From: a virus
Lineage: Duplodnaviria; Caudoviricetes
DNA length: 28,224 nt
Direction: 5' to 3' (one strand)
Virus record (IMG/VR): IMGVR_UViG_3300017721_001543
Location: 1 to 28,224 of that record
The notes beneath the pieces were generated by a model, which saw only the letters and a list, made by a program, of their open reading frames with translations, did not search any database and was not told the DNA's origin. Positions 1 to 10,598 of this stretch are shown here, in pieces. The position numbers and the translations under genes are program-made. The first letter of the stretch is position 1. Each line of letters opens with the position of its first letter.

Positions 1-363
1 ACTCAATTAGATGATGAAAGCATAAGTGCTCTTATTAAAGCACACAATGCACTTGAAAGTGATAATGTAATTGTTTCAATTGATAGAGATTTAGATGGTC
101 AAGATATTTTAGTAATGTCTTTTGGTGATGATCTTAAACATACTAATAAGATTGATTATCAAATGCCTTTTACTACTTTAACAGATATTAAATATGGAAC
201 TAGGATTCCATTTGATTCTAAAATGATTAAAAATATATTAAATAATAATAAAGATGCTACACAAGCAACTATGAAAATTAGCTCTGAAGGTTTAATGAAA
301 TTTACATTTGAAGGTGAGAATTGGAATAGTTTTTATTATGTTGTGCGGAAAGCAAATATTTAA
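1..363 (+). CDS. Sliding clamp, T4 gp45-like (C-terminal part, 5' truncated by window edge)
   Basis: Frame 1 is open from base 1 (TQLDDESISALIKAHNAL...). The C-terminus ISSEGLMKFTFEGENWNSFYYVV resembles the gp45 C-terminus (AKFEGEHANYVV). Clamp-loader genes lie nearby. Confidence 0.65.
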   Translation, partial: TQLDDESISALIKAHNALESDNVIVSIDRDLDGQDILVMSFGDDLKHTNKIDYQMPFTTLTDIKYGTRIPFDSKMIKNILNNNKDATQATMKISSEGLMKFTFEGENWNSFYYVVRKANI

Positions 364-373
364 TATACGTATA
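364..373. promoter_or_regulatory. Palindromic motif TATACGTATA upstream of hsp20 (phage promoter or operator)
   Basis: Perfect 10-bp palindrome. An identical copy lies at 12963-12972 in another intergenic gap. Confidence 0.5.
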
Positions 374-380
374 CATGAAT

Positions 381-407
381 ATAAAATTGCAAGTAGCTAG
401 GGCACGC
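381..407 (+). repeat. 5' arm of long-range inverted repeat flanking hsp20
   Basis: ATAAAATTGC (381-390) and GCTAGGGCACGC (396-407) are complementary to 905-914 and 893-904, with one G-T pair and an AAGTA bulge. Confidence 0.8.
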
Positions 408-429
408 GCAGTTTTTGTTTACATTAATC

Positions 430-444
430 GAGAGCTTCGGCCTC
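430..444 (+). promoter_or_regulatory. cUUCGg tetraloop hairpin in hsp20 leader
   Basis: GAG-A-GC-TTCG-GC-CTC: 5-bp stem with a bulged A, closed by the extra-stable C(UUCG)G loop, ending 15 nt before the ATG at 460. Confidence 0.55.
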
Positions 445-459
445 ACAAATTTAAATGAT

Positions 460-876
460 ATGAGTACATTATTCAATGAACGTACACCGTTCGATTTATT
501 ATTTCGCAATCTGTTCAATACAGATTCAGGGTTTCAACCAACAACGTTTGAAACTAAACAACCCCACCCACTAGATATTTTTTATGATGACAAAGGACTT
601 CATTTTGAAGTTGCCTGTACTGGTCTGACTAAAAAAGATATTCAACTTGAAATTGATGGAGATCTTTTACAGATTATCTATAATAAACCAAGTGAAGAGG
701 AAGATTATAGTGGCTATATCTATAAAGGATTAGCCAAAAGATCTTTTAATTTAGGTTATAAAGTAGCAGCTAAATTCGAACTTGAGAAATTAGAAGCAGA
801 AATGAAAGATGGTTTACTTCATTTATTTATTCCAATTGTGGAATCTAAAAAACCAAAAACAATCAAAATTAAATAA
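460..876 (+). CDS. hsp20: Small heat shock protein (Hsp20/alpha-crystallin, IbpA-like)
   Basis: PLDIFYD..LHFEVACTG, YIYKGLAKRSF, AEMKDGLLHL, and C-terminal I-x-I motif (KTIKIK). ATG at 460 is preferred over TTG at 415 because it gives a typical 138-aa size and leaves the hairpin in the UTR. Confidence 0.92.
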   Translation: MSTLFNERTPFDLLFRNLFNTDSGFQPTTFETKQPHPLDIFYDDKGLHFEVACTGLTKKDIQLEIDGDLLQIIYNKPSEEEDYSGYIYKGLAKRSFNLGYKVAAKFELEKLEAEMKDGLLHLFIPIVESKKPKTIKIK

Positions 877-892
877 AAGTTATATAAAATAA

Positions 893-914
893 GCGTGTCC
901 TAGCGCAATTTTAT
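893..914 (+). repeat. 3' arm of long-range inverted repeat flanking hsp20
   Basis: GCGTGTCCTAGC-GCAATTTTAT; its reverse complement matches 381-407. Confidence 0.8.
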
Positions 915-926
915 TTGTATATTTAC
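914..926 (+). promoter_or_regulatory. Bacteroidota-type -7 promoter element upstream of the groES-groEL unit
   Basis: TTTGTATATTTAC matches the TTCGTATATTTAC copies near 4070 and 11982. The -33 position is degenerate (CGTG). Confidence 0.5.
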
Positions 927-949
927 CGAAACAAAATATATATAAAGTT

Positions 950-1228
950 ATGGCTAAACCTAGCAAATCAAATTTAAGATTTATCAAAGATCCACAGTTA
1001 GATCCTTATTACATTCAATTAGATGATTATTGTTATATTGCTCAAAAATCCACATTTTCGGATGCTGGGCATGAATACCAAAACACTTTAGGACATTACT
1101 CTACATTAGGGGGTTGCCTTGAATGTATTGCTCGTGATGATGCCAAATCTAAGAGTTACGACTCATTAAGAAGCTTTGTAGAACGTTTCGAAGCAAAAAC
1201 ACGTGAACTAAAAACCCTTATTAAATAA
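950..1228 (+). CDS. Hypothetical phage protein (92 aa)
   Basis: Intact ORF between the promoter motif and groES; no recognised motif. Confidence 0.75.
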   Translation: MAKPSKSNLRFIKDPQLDPYYIQLDDYCYIAQKSTFSDAGHEYQNTLGHYSTLGGCLECIARDDAKSKSYDSLRSFVERFEAKTRELKTLIK

Positions 1229-1234
1229 TTAATT

Positions 1235-3149
<1,915 letters not shown>

Positions 3150-3150
<1 letters not shown>

Positions 3151-3401
3151 TGAAAGAACAACAAGAATTCCTAGAATTAATAGCAACTAGAGTTCCCCCT
3201 GGTGATCGTTGGTCACTAGAGGGGGACAAAGTTGTCCATAAGTCTCTTACTGAAGCTTTAGAAGCATGGTTTGCTAAAACTGGTCAAAAAGCTCAATTTA
3301 GACTTGCTCCTTTAGAAGGAAAACTTTATGTTATACGTACTGAAGAGGTAGAAGTTAAAGTTGAACCTCCTAAGAAATTTAACATATACGGAGATTATTA
3401 A
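3150..3401 (+). CDS. Hypothetical protein (83 aa)
   Basis: TAATG overlap with groEL; no recognised motif. Confidence 0.75.
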
Positions 3402-4049
3402 ATGAATTGGTCTCATCTCCCAGAAGATAAAGATAGGGCTTTAGTAGAATATGCTATAAATAATCCTATAGAAGGAAAATGTACTTGGCAAGCTGATACT
3501 TTAGATTATCTTTTATCTTTTTATAATAAAAACACATTTCGTAGATGTATTGATGCAGGAGCTAATTATGGGTTTTTATCTGTAGGATTTTCTAAATATT
3601 TTAAAAATGTAGAAGCATTTGAACTTTCTTCTAATATTAGACATCATTTAGGTATTAATGTAAAAAATATTCCTAATATTAGAGTCCACCAAAAAGGACT
3701 TTATGATACTACCACATCAGTTAATTTTGAACTTAGAGAACAATCAGGTGCTAGTAGTATTATAGGACATGGAGGGGTAACAGAACAAGTTACTACTTTA
3801 GATTCTTTTAATTTTGATGATGTAGATTTATTAAAAATTGATGTAGAAGGTGCTGAGGAACATTTAATAAGAGGAGCTGAAAATACCATAAAAAAATGTT
3901 TACCCATTATTTGTTGTGAAATTCATTGTAATAGAGGTGAATTTGGTCCTGGGTCATTAACAAGTAGACAGTATATTTTTAAATTTTTAGATAGTTTAGG
4001 GTATAAGTTAGTTGATATTAGACATGCTGATTTATTATTTATTGTTTAA
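3402..4049 (+). CDS. FkbM-family SAM-dependent methyltransferase
   Basis: CIDAGANYG, VEAFE, TTLDSF, LLKIDVEGAE, PIICCE. Confidence 0.9.
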   Translation: MNWSHLPEDKDRALVEYAINNPIEGKCTWQADTLDYLLSFYNKNTFRRCIDAGANYGFLSVGFSKYFKNVEAFELSSNIRHHLGINVKNIPNIRVHQKGLYDTTTSVNFELREQSGASSIIGHGGVTEQVTTLDSFNFDDVDLLKIDVEGAEEHLIRGAENTIKKCLPIICCEIHCNRGEFGPGSLTSRQYIFKFLDSLGYKLVDIRHADLLFIV

Positions 4050-4082
4050 TTTGGAAATATAAATGCAAATTCGTATATTTAC
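4050..4082 (+). promoter_or_regulatory. Bacteroidota-type sigma70 promoter (-33 TTTG, 20-nt spacer, -7 TATATTTA)
   Basis: TTTG at 4050-4053 and TATATTTA at 4074-4081; same geometry at 11962-11993. Resembles the TTTG/TAnnTTTG consensus. Confidence 0.65.
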
Positions 4083-4085
4083 GCT

Positions 4086-5000
4086 ATGGTAAGAAATGAT
4101 CATACATTATTAGTTGAAAAATATCGTTCTAAAACATTAGATGATTATGTTGGGAATGAGCATATTAAAAAAACTATTAATCAATATATTTCCCAAAATG
4201 ATATTCAAAATCTTATTTTCTATGGCCCCGCTGGTACAGGTAAGACGACTTTGGCTAAACTTATTGTTAATAACCTTAATTGTGATCACCTTTATATCAA
4301 CGCAAGTGATGAAAGAGGTATCGAAACTATTAGAGATAAAGTATCCGGGTTTGCTAGCAGTGCTTCATTCAAACCACTTAAAGTGGTTATCTTGGACGAG
4401 GCGGATTTTCTTACGATACAGGCACAAGCTTCACTTCGAAATGTAATTGAAACATTTTCTCGTAGTACACGTTTTATTATGACGTGTAATTATGTTGAAC
4501 GCATTATTGATCCACTGCAATCGCGTTGTCAAGTACTTAAGGTTATCCCACCTAGTAAAGGTGATGTTGCTAAACACATTGCTTGGATTTTAGAAGAAGA
4601 AAATACTAGTTTTGAATTACAAGATATCAAAACAATTACCAACCAATTTTACCCAGATTTACGTAAATGTCTTAATACTGCTCAACTATCAACTCAGGAT
4701 AATAAATTAGTTATAGATAAATCAGTATTAGTGTCATCTAATTATATGACATCAATACTTAAAGAATTAAGTAATGCTAAACCTAAATGGCGTGAAATAC
4801 GTCAAATTATTGCTAATGCAAACGTTAGTGATTTTGAAGAGCTTTATCGTTATCTTTATGATAACGCTCATGTATATGCAAGTGGTCGTGAAGGAATGGT
4901 TGCAATTTATATTAATGAATATAGTTACCAATCCAACTTCCGCATTGATAAAGAAATAAACTGTATGGCACTTATACAGAAGTTAATTGAGTTAAAATAA
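4086..5000 (+). CDS. Clamp loader AAA+ ATPase subunit (T4 gp44/RFC small-subunit-like)
   Basis: VEKYR, Walker A GPAGTGKT, NASDERGI, Walker B ILDEAD, SRC motif LQSRC. Confidence 0.95.
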   Translation: MVRNDHTLLVEKYRSKTLDDYVGNEHIKKTINQYISQNDIQNLIFYGPAGTGKTTLAKLIVNNLNCDHLYINASDERGIETIRDKVSGFASSASFKPLKVVILDEADFLTIQAQASLRNVIETFSRSTRFIMTCNYVERIIDPLQSRCQVLKVIPPSKGDVAKHIAWILEEENTSFELQDIKTITNQFYPDLRKCLNTAQLSTQDNKLVIDKSVLVSSNYMTSILKELSNAKPKWREIRQIIANANVSDFEELYRYLYDNAHVYASGREGMVAIYINEYSYQSNFRIDKEINCMALIQKLIELK

Positions 5001-5001
5001 C

Positions 5002-5193
5002 ATGAATTACCAAATTTTAATTTTTGGAGATAGACATTTTAAATTAATTCGCACCCTACCTGAAACACCTAAATTTACAAAGGGTATTTCTGATCTTAAA
5101 TTACTTTGGAATTGCGATACAGTTTTAAAGAAAAATGGAATGCTTTATTTTTGTAGAGCAATAGAAAATATAGAATATGAAGAACTTCCTTAA
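5002..5193 (+). CDS. Hypothetical protein (63 aa)
   Basis: Tightly packed ORF in the operon. Confidence 0.65.
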   Translation: MNYQILIFGDRHFKLIRTLPETPKFTKGISDLKLLWNCDTVLKKNGMLYFCRAIENIEYEELP

Positions 5194-5365
5194 ATTTACT
5201 ATTATTTGGATTAGCCAAAACTTAGCCGTACCTTTTTGGATGGTTGGTCATATTCATTTGATGACAACAATTTATGAAGACATACATGAGATCTTAGCCA
5301 GCTTAGGTATGAATATAATAGTATTAATTGGCTTTATTTTAGATTATAAACAAAACAAAAATTAG
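5177..5365 (+). CDS. Small membrane protein (two hydrophobic segments)
   Basis: Hydrophobic stretches FTIIWISQNLAVPFWMVG and ILASLGMNIIVLIGFIL. Confidence 0.65.
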   Translation: MKNFLKFTIIWISQNLAVPFWMVGHIHLMTTIYEDIHEILASLGMNIIVLIGFILDYKQNKN

Positions 5366-5369
5366 AAAG

Positions 5370-5618
5370 ATGGCAAAACAACCTCAAATGAACATTGACT
5401 TGAATAATACCGAGTCTGTAGAACACAAAAATGGCAAAATCTGGACTCAAGGATTCCTTATTAGAAAAATTTCTAAATTTGTAGCTGGAACAGATGAAGA
5501 CGCTATGATGCCTATTCCCATTTTTTATGATTCTGTTAGTGGAGAGATTTTACAAGCAACCCTACCAAAAGAATTAAGAGATGACCAGCCCGAAAAACCT
5601 CTTCGAGTGGTTGACTGA
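5370..5618 (+). CDS. Hypothetical phage protein (82 aa)
   Basis: Intact ORF immediately upstream of the gp62-like gene. Confidence 0.7.
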   Translation: MAKQPQMNIDLNNTESVEHKNGKIWTQGFLIRKISKFVAGTDEDAMMPIPIFYDSVSGEILQATLPKELRDDQPEKPLRVVD

Positions 5619-6012
5619 GATAACAGTCAATAAAACTCCTATTACAGAAATTTCGGAAGAATCATGGGATAAGTTTAATTCTTACATGATACATAGATAT
5701 GTATCTATGAATATAGATTACATTGATATTGCAAATTATATTCAAAAAATTAATCCACAAAGTAAGAAACAAATTTATTCCATATATAAAGAAATGATTC
5801 CAAAGAAAAAAGTCTGGTTAAAGTATACTAAAAACGAAAAGAAAAAAAATTATCAAGAATTAGCTGAATATGTTGCTGATTATTATGAATGCTCCTTAGG
5901 TGAAGCTGATCATTATATTGATATTTTAGGTGTTAGTGTTAGAAGTATCCTTTGGGAATTAGGAGTTGAAGAAGAAGAAGTTGATAAATTAATTCAAAAA
6001 GCCCAATTATGA
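5581..6012 (+). CDS. Clamp loader small subunit (T4 gp62-like)
   Basis: LFEWLTEI start, FNSYMIHRYVSMNIDYIDIAN (gp62-type F/Y..FMINR.LS), IPKKKVWLKY, and VADYYECS..EA..Y. Confidence 0.75.
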   Translation: MTSPKNLFEWLTEITVNKTPITEISEESWDKFNSYMIHRYVSMNIDYIDIANYIQKINPQSKKQIYSIYKEMIPKKKVWLKYTKNEKKKNYQELAEYVADYYECSLGEADHYIDILGVSVRSILWELGVEEEEVDKLIQKAQL

Positions 6013-6227
6013 GTACTTTAGTAAAAATGCTTAAATCTGCAGCAGAAGCTGATAAAGCAAAAGCATTATTAACTCTAGACTTACTAGAAAACCACCCAGC
6101 AGGTATTGGAGATCATTCAACAGATGATTTTTATAAAAATGCAAATGAAGCTCTTGAAATGTTAGCTGATGCTGATGATAGATTAGATGCAATTGAAAAA
6201 TATTTAGTTAAAAAACAAGTTATTTAA
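6009..6227 (+). CDS. Small helical phage protein (xPxGIG(D/E)H type)
   Basis: HPAGIGDHS turn between two predicted helices; a motif I recall from T4-like phage hypotheticals. Confidence 0.7.
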   Translation: MSTLVKMLKSAAEADKAKALLTLDLLENHPAGIGDHSTDDFYKNANEALEMLADADDRLDAIEKYLVKKQVI

Positions 6228-6228
6228 A

Positions 6229-6585
6229 ATGGAAAAAAAATTAAGTTCTAATATTAAAGCAAGTGAAATTATTAAAAAAGAATATCCTCATATTTACAAT
6301 GGCTATATGGCTGTCGTGGAAGAGCAATTGGAGTTATTCAGTAAAAAACATCTGGACTATGGCATGGCTAATATTAGTGCTGGGACTTTACTTGCTACTA
6401 AAGAAGAAAGGGCTTTTGCTCTTACAGGACTTTGGTATAGAATAAGTGATAAAATTAGTAGGTGGAAAAATCTATTAATTAATAATAAAGTTATTAATAA
6501 CGAACCTTTAACAGATACTTATCAAGATATTGTAAATTATGGTATTATTGCTCAATTAGTAGAGCGTGGTTTATGGAAAAAATAA
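6229..6585 (+). CDS. Nucleotide modification-associated domain 1 (DUF1599/Nmad1) protein
   Basis: KKHLDYG..NI, GLWYRISDKISR, EPLTDTYQDIVNYGII match the KxxDYG / RxxDKxxR / ExxxDTxxDxxNY pattern. Confidence 0.8.
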   Translation: MEKKLSSNIKASEIIKKEYPHIYNGYMAVVEEQLELFSKKHLDYGMANISAGTLLATKEERAFALTGLWYRISDKISRWKNLLINNKVINNEPLTDTYQDIVNYGIIAQLVERGLWKK

Positions 6586-6588
6586 ACT

Positions 6589-7584
6589 GTGAAAGACTTA
6601 ATTTGCATAACAGCACATTGTCCTAATACTGAAAAAAGAAAAATATTACTTGATTTAGTTTTAGGGTTACAACCAATTAGAGATGACTTTGATATTATGG
6701 TTGTAAGTCATACCCCTATTACATCGGATGTGCAAGAAAAAGTAGATTGGGCAATCTATGATAAAGATAATGAATTATTAACTGAATGGAAGTATCAAAA
6801 CTCTCCATGGTTTCACCCTGAAAATAAACATATTCAATCTATCTTTTTTGGAGCCGGGAACACCTATCTCCCAGTACATAAACAATTAATTACTGGATAT
6901 TCCTTAGCTAAAACTTTTGGTTACGAAAAAATCCATATGACTGAATATGATGCTTATTATAAGGATTTTACTGAATTTTATGATAATTCTAAGGTTTTAG
7001 ATGATTATGATGCTGTATTATATAAAAAACCTGATGGTTATGGGGAAATTAATATTGAATGGGGATTAGGATGTTTCCATGCTGCTAAAATTTCTTCCTT
7101 AGATGAAAGAGCATTTAATTATATTAGTGATTCTATGAAAAAAGAATTAGAAAATGCTTCTATCAAAACTACTGAAAAAAGAACCGAAGATATATATACA
7201 GCAAATAATAATAAAGTTTTATTTAAGGACCATAAACTTCTTACTCAGAATGGCAATCAAATAAGGTTAGTTAATTTTCATGCTTTAGATCTAGATATGC
7301 AATGGGCTGTTCCTGTTTATGATTCAAAAATAAATCAAATTGTATTTGTAGGGTGGAATGAATCATCAAACAAACCTTGCAATGTAACTGTTATTATTAA
7401 TAATTCTCGAGTTTTAAATTTCCCAAATCTTAAAAAATTACGTTGGTTTATAGAACCTCTTGGGACCCCAGAAGAAATATCAGATATTACTATTCTAATA
7501 AATAATAAATTAAGCCGACATATTCATCTCCACCCAGATAATATAGAAGATTTTAAATATTATAACTTTATCAAAGATGACTAA
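6589..7584 (+). CDS. Putative glycosyltransferase-like protein (GT-A-like N-terminus)
   Basis: GTG start; ICITAH first strand, IMVVSH, HMTEYDAY (ExD variant); located in a glycan cluster. Confidence 0.5.
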   Translation: MKDLICITAHCPNTEKRKILLDLVLGLQPIRDDFDIMVVSHTPITSDVQEKVDWAIYDKDNELLTEWKYQNSPWFHPENKHIQSIFFGAGNTYLPVHKQLITGYSLAKTFGYEKIHMTEYDAYYKDFTEFYDNSKVLDDYDAVLYKKPDGYGEINIEWGLGCFHAAKISSLDERAFNYISDSMKKELENASIKTTEKRTEDIYTANNNKVLFKDHKLLTQNGNQIRLVNFHALDLDMQWAVPVYDSKINQIVFVGWNESSNKPCNVTVIINNSRVLNFPNLKKLRWFIEPLGTPEEISDITILINNKLSRHIHLHPDNIEDFKYYNFIKDD

Positions 7585-8722
7585 AAAAATAGATTTATTT
7601 AAAGTTTTTATGGCACCTACAGCTGCTGAAGAAGTATCAAAAGTTCTTAATAGCGGTTATATTGGCCAAGGACCTAAAGTTAATGAGTTTGAAAATCAAT
7701 TAAAAAATCATTTTAACCATGATTATATTCAGACTGTAAATGCAGGCACATCAGCACTTCATTTAGCCTTACATTTATTAAAATCTCCTGATTTTCAATG
7801 GCCTGGATTAACTTCAGATGATGAAGTTTTAACTACTGCTATGACTTGTACAGCTTCAAATTGGCCTGTATTAGCTAATGGGTTAAAATTAAAATGGGTT
7901 GATATTGATCCAAAAACATTAAATATGGATCTTGATGATTTAGCTCGTAAAATTACTCCTAAAACTAAAGTTATTATTTTAGTTCATTGGGGTGGGTATC
8001 CTATTGATTTAGATCGAATAAAACAAATTCAAGATAAAACATACCAAATGTATGGTTTCAAACCTGCTATAATTGAAGATGGAGCTCATTCATTTGGTTC
8101 AAGTTACAAAGGTAAACCTATTGGTACTCATGGTAATTTAACTATGTTTTCATTACAAGCAATTAAACATATTACTTCAATTGATGGTGGTTTATTACTT
8201 TCACCTCATAAGAAATTACATGATAGAGGTAAATTAGCTCGTTGGTATGGGATAGATCGTGATGGAGATAGAAAAGATTTTCGTTGTGAAGCTGATATTG
8301 AAGAATGGGGATTTAAATTTCATATGAATGATGTTTGTGCTACTGTTGGAATTGAAAACTTTAAACATTTAGACGAAATAGTTTCTAAACATAAAGCAAA
8401 TGCTGCTTATTATGATAAAGAATTGCAAAATACTCCGGGTGTAACCCTTCTAGAACGCAAAACAGGTCATGATTCTGCATCTTGGATTTATTCTATGTTA
8501 GTAGAAAATCGTCCTGGTTTTTATAAGTGGATGGATGAGTGTAATATTACAGTATCTCAAGTTCATGAACGAAATGATAAACATACTTGTGTAACTGAAT
8601 ATCGTTCTCATCTTCCAACATTAGATAAAATTATTAGAAGTATAGTTTCAATCCCTGTTGGTTGGTGGGTAAGCCAAGAAGAAAGAGAATATATTGTAGA
8701 CTGTATTAAAAAAGGATGGTAG
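7577..8722 (+). CDS. DegT/DnrJ/EryC1/StrS PLP-dependent sugar aminotransferase
   Basis: SGYIGQGPKV, NAGTSALHLAL, VHWGG, IEDGAHSFG, FSLQAIKHITSIDGG (PLP lysine). Confidence 0.95.
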   Translation: MTKKIDLFKVFMAPTAAEEVSKVLNSGYIGQGPKVNEFENQLKNHFNHDYIQTVNAGTSALHLALHLLKSPDFQWPGLTSDDEVLTTAMTCTASNWPVLANGLKLKWVDIDPKTLNMDLDDLARKITPKTKVIILVHWGGYPIDLDRIKQIQDKTYQMYGFKPAIIEDGAHSFGSSYKGKPIGTHGNLTMFSLQAIKHITSIDGGLLLSPHKKLHDRGKLARWYGIDRDGDRKDFRCEADIEEWGFKFHMNDVCATVGIENFKHLDEIVSKHKANAAYYDKELQNTPGVTLLERKTGHDSASWIYSMLVENRPGFYKWMDECNITVSQVHERNDKHTCVTEYRSHLPTLDKIIRSIVSIPVGWWVSQEEREYIVDCIKKGW

Positions 8723-9633
8723 AATTTATTAAATTTTATAATAATCATAAAGGATTAGTATTCCGTTCTCTACTCCCAGATCCTACTAATTTAATAGTTA
8801 CAGTTAGTGATGGGTATACAGGATTAAATTTATGGAGAAGTAATCTTACAGTTACCCAAAATACAGAATATTGGTTTTATGCTGATATAGATTCTTTAGA
8901 AAGAGAATTTACCATTTACAGTGAAGATTATCAAACACTTTTAAAACTTTATATAAGTGTAGATGGATGCCCCTCAATAAAACAAATTGATAAATTTGGT
9001 ATTCTTGAATCATATCAATATGATCAAAAAGATGAAAGAGGAGTATCTTTACCAATATATGAAATCTTCTTAAATAAAGTTTATGAAAATGAAAATTGTT
9101 ATATTAAAGATAATGATATAGTATTTGATATAGGGGGTAATATAGGAATTTTTTCTTACTATGCTATTTGTAAAAATGCTAAACAAATCCATACTTTTGA
9201 ACCTGGATTACAACAATTTAATTCTATAAAAGATAATATTATTTCAAATTTTCCTAATGTAATAGGTAATAATTGTGCCGTTAGTAAAACAGATAAACCA
9301 ATTACATTTTACTTAGACCCAGAATCATCAGTAAAAAATAGTACAACAAACCCATCAAATAAATTCTACCAAGTTAATTCTATAAATTTAGAAAAATATA
9401 CTAAAGATAAAAATCTTAAAACTATTGATTTTTTAAAAATAGATTGTGAAGGAGGAGAGTATGATATAATAGATTCTTTAAGTAATGAATTTCTATTAAA
9501 TGTAGTTAAAAAAATAGTTATTGAGTTACATAAAGATTTAGAATCTAAAGAAACAAATTTATTAATAAATAAATTAAGACAAAATAATTTTATAACGAAT
9601 ATTGAAGATGATATTCTTTTTGCATGGAAATGA
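8716..9633 (+). CDS. FkbM-family methyltransferase with N-terminal extension
   Basis: VFDIGGNIGIFS, TFEP, FLKIDCEGGEY, IVIELH in the C-terminal ~190 aa. Confidence 0.9.
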   Translation: MVEFIKFYNNHKGLVFRSLLPDPTNLIVTVSDGYTGLNLWRSNLTVTQNTEYWFYADIDSLEREFTIYSEDYQTLLKLYISVDGCPSIKQIDKFGILESYQYDQKDERGVSLPIYEIFLNKVYENENCYIKDNDIVFDIGGNIGIFSYYAICKNAKQIHTFEPGLQQFNSIKDNIISNFPNVIGNNCAVSKTDKPITFYLDPESSVKNSTTNPSNKFYQVNSINLEKYTKDKNLKTIDFLKIDCEGGEYDIIDSLSNEFLLNVVKKIVIELHKDLESKETNLLINKLRQNNFITNIEDDILFAWK

Positions 9634-10598
9634 TTGAAATTACTCAAGCTACATATGGAGGAAGAATTCATTATACTGCTAAACAAGAGGTAAACACTCC
9701 ACTTCAAGTAATTCTTAAAGATAAGAATTTAGAAGGAGAAATTTACATAATGTCTCATAATAATTTATCTTTTACTGATTATTCATTCTTAGTATCTTCA
9801 GTAGTTTTACCTTTTTTAAAATCCCCTTATTTAGAAATTACTTTAGGTTCTCAAACCACATCTTATCCTTTTAATTTTGATAAAGGACCTTTAAATAATT
9901 TTTCTATAATATCAAATTCGTGTTTAGGTTGGAGAACTTATGAAAAATTTAATTCTTCTTATAATTCTCCTACTATTGGTAATTTAATTTTAGATGATTT
10001 AGAATATTTAAGGTTTTGTGAACACAATGAAACTTATTTAAATACTGAAATGGTATTTGGAGAAAGTAAAGGCAACATAAATTTTAAAAATAGTTGTGGA
10101 AATGTTAGGGTTATTAATGATAAAGCTGATATACCTGATAATTATCCTATTAGTCATCATTTAGATTTAGAAATTCATTGGATACATACCCACCCAAGAT
10201 CTAAACTTACTTTTAAAGATAATATCTACCATTACGTAGAATTTAAAGACCAAATAATTCCTTTATCAACATTTAAAGAAAAATGGATTAGAAGAGTAAA
10301 TAGAGTTAAATCAACAGAAAAAATATTTATTTGGTCTTCTTCTGAATTATTTAATGCTCATGGTAATTGGGAAAGAAAACAAATTATTGATAGATTTAAA
10401 TCACTCCCAGATAGAAGTATTTTTCTTACTGAACGAAAAGAAGAAGCATTTGAAGATGATTTACACATAGTTAAATATATTCCTAAATGGAAGGGAAATT
10501 CTCAATATGAAAGAGATTCATCTGGAGGCATGTTATGGAATGATCAATTAGATAATGCACAAATCATCCACGATATAATTATTTCAAAATTTATATAA
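9624..10598 (+). CDS. DUF1919-like polysaccharide biosynthesis protein with N-terminal extension
   Basis: FSIISNSCLG...YNSPTIG, YLRFCE, YPI...DLEIHWIH, KWIRRVNR. Confidence 0.7.
   Translation: MEMIEITQATYGGRIHYTAKQEVNTPLQVILKDKNLEGEIYIMSHNNLSFTDYSFLVSSVVLPFLKSPYLEITLGSQTTSYPFNFDKGPLNNFSIISNSCLGWRTYEKFNSSYNSPTIGNLILDDLEYLRFCEHNETYLNTEMVFGESKGNINFKNSCGNVRVINDKADIPDNYPISHHLDLEIHWIHTHPRSKLTFKDNIYHYVEFKDQIIPLSTFKEKWIRRVNRVKSTEKIFIWSSSELFNAHGNWERKQIIDRFKSLPDRSIFLTERKEEAFEDDLHIVKYIPKWKGNSQYERDSSGGMLWNDQLDNAQIIHDIIISKFI

Noticed and set aside
381-914. hsp20 flanks as transposon terminal inverted repeats or invertase sites
   Set aside because: No target-site duplication, transposase or recombinase in the window; the bulge and G-U pair fit an RNA helix better. 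Not fully excluded.
364-949. CIRCE/HrcA operator or ROSE element at the chaperone genes
   Set aside because: No TTAGCACTC-N9-GAGTGCTAA and no SD-pairing U(U/C)GCU motif found.
4141-6445. Alternative-frame + ORFs 4141-4446, 4774-4959 and 6263-6445
   Set aside because: Nested in the clamp loader and Nmad1 genes; Leu/Ile/Met-rich composition typical of off-frame AT-rich sequence.
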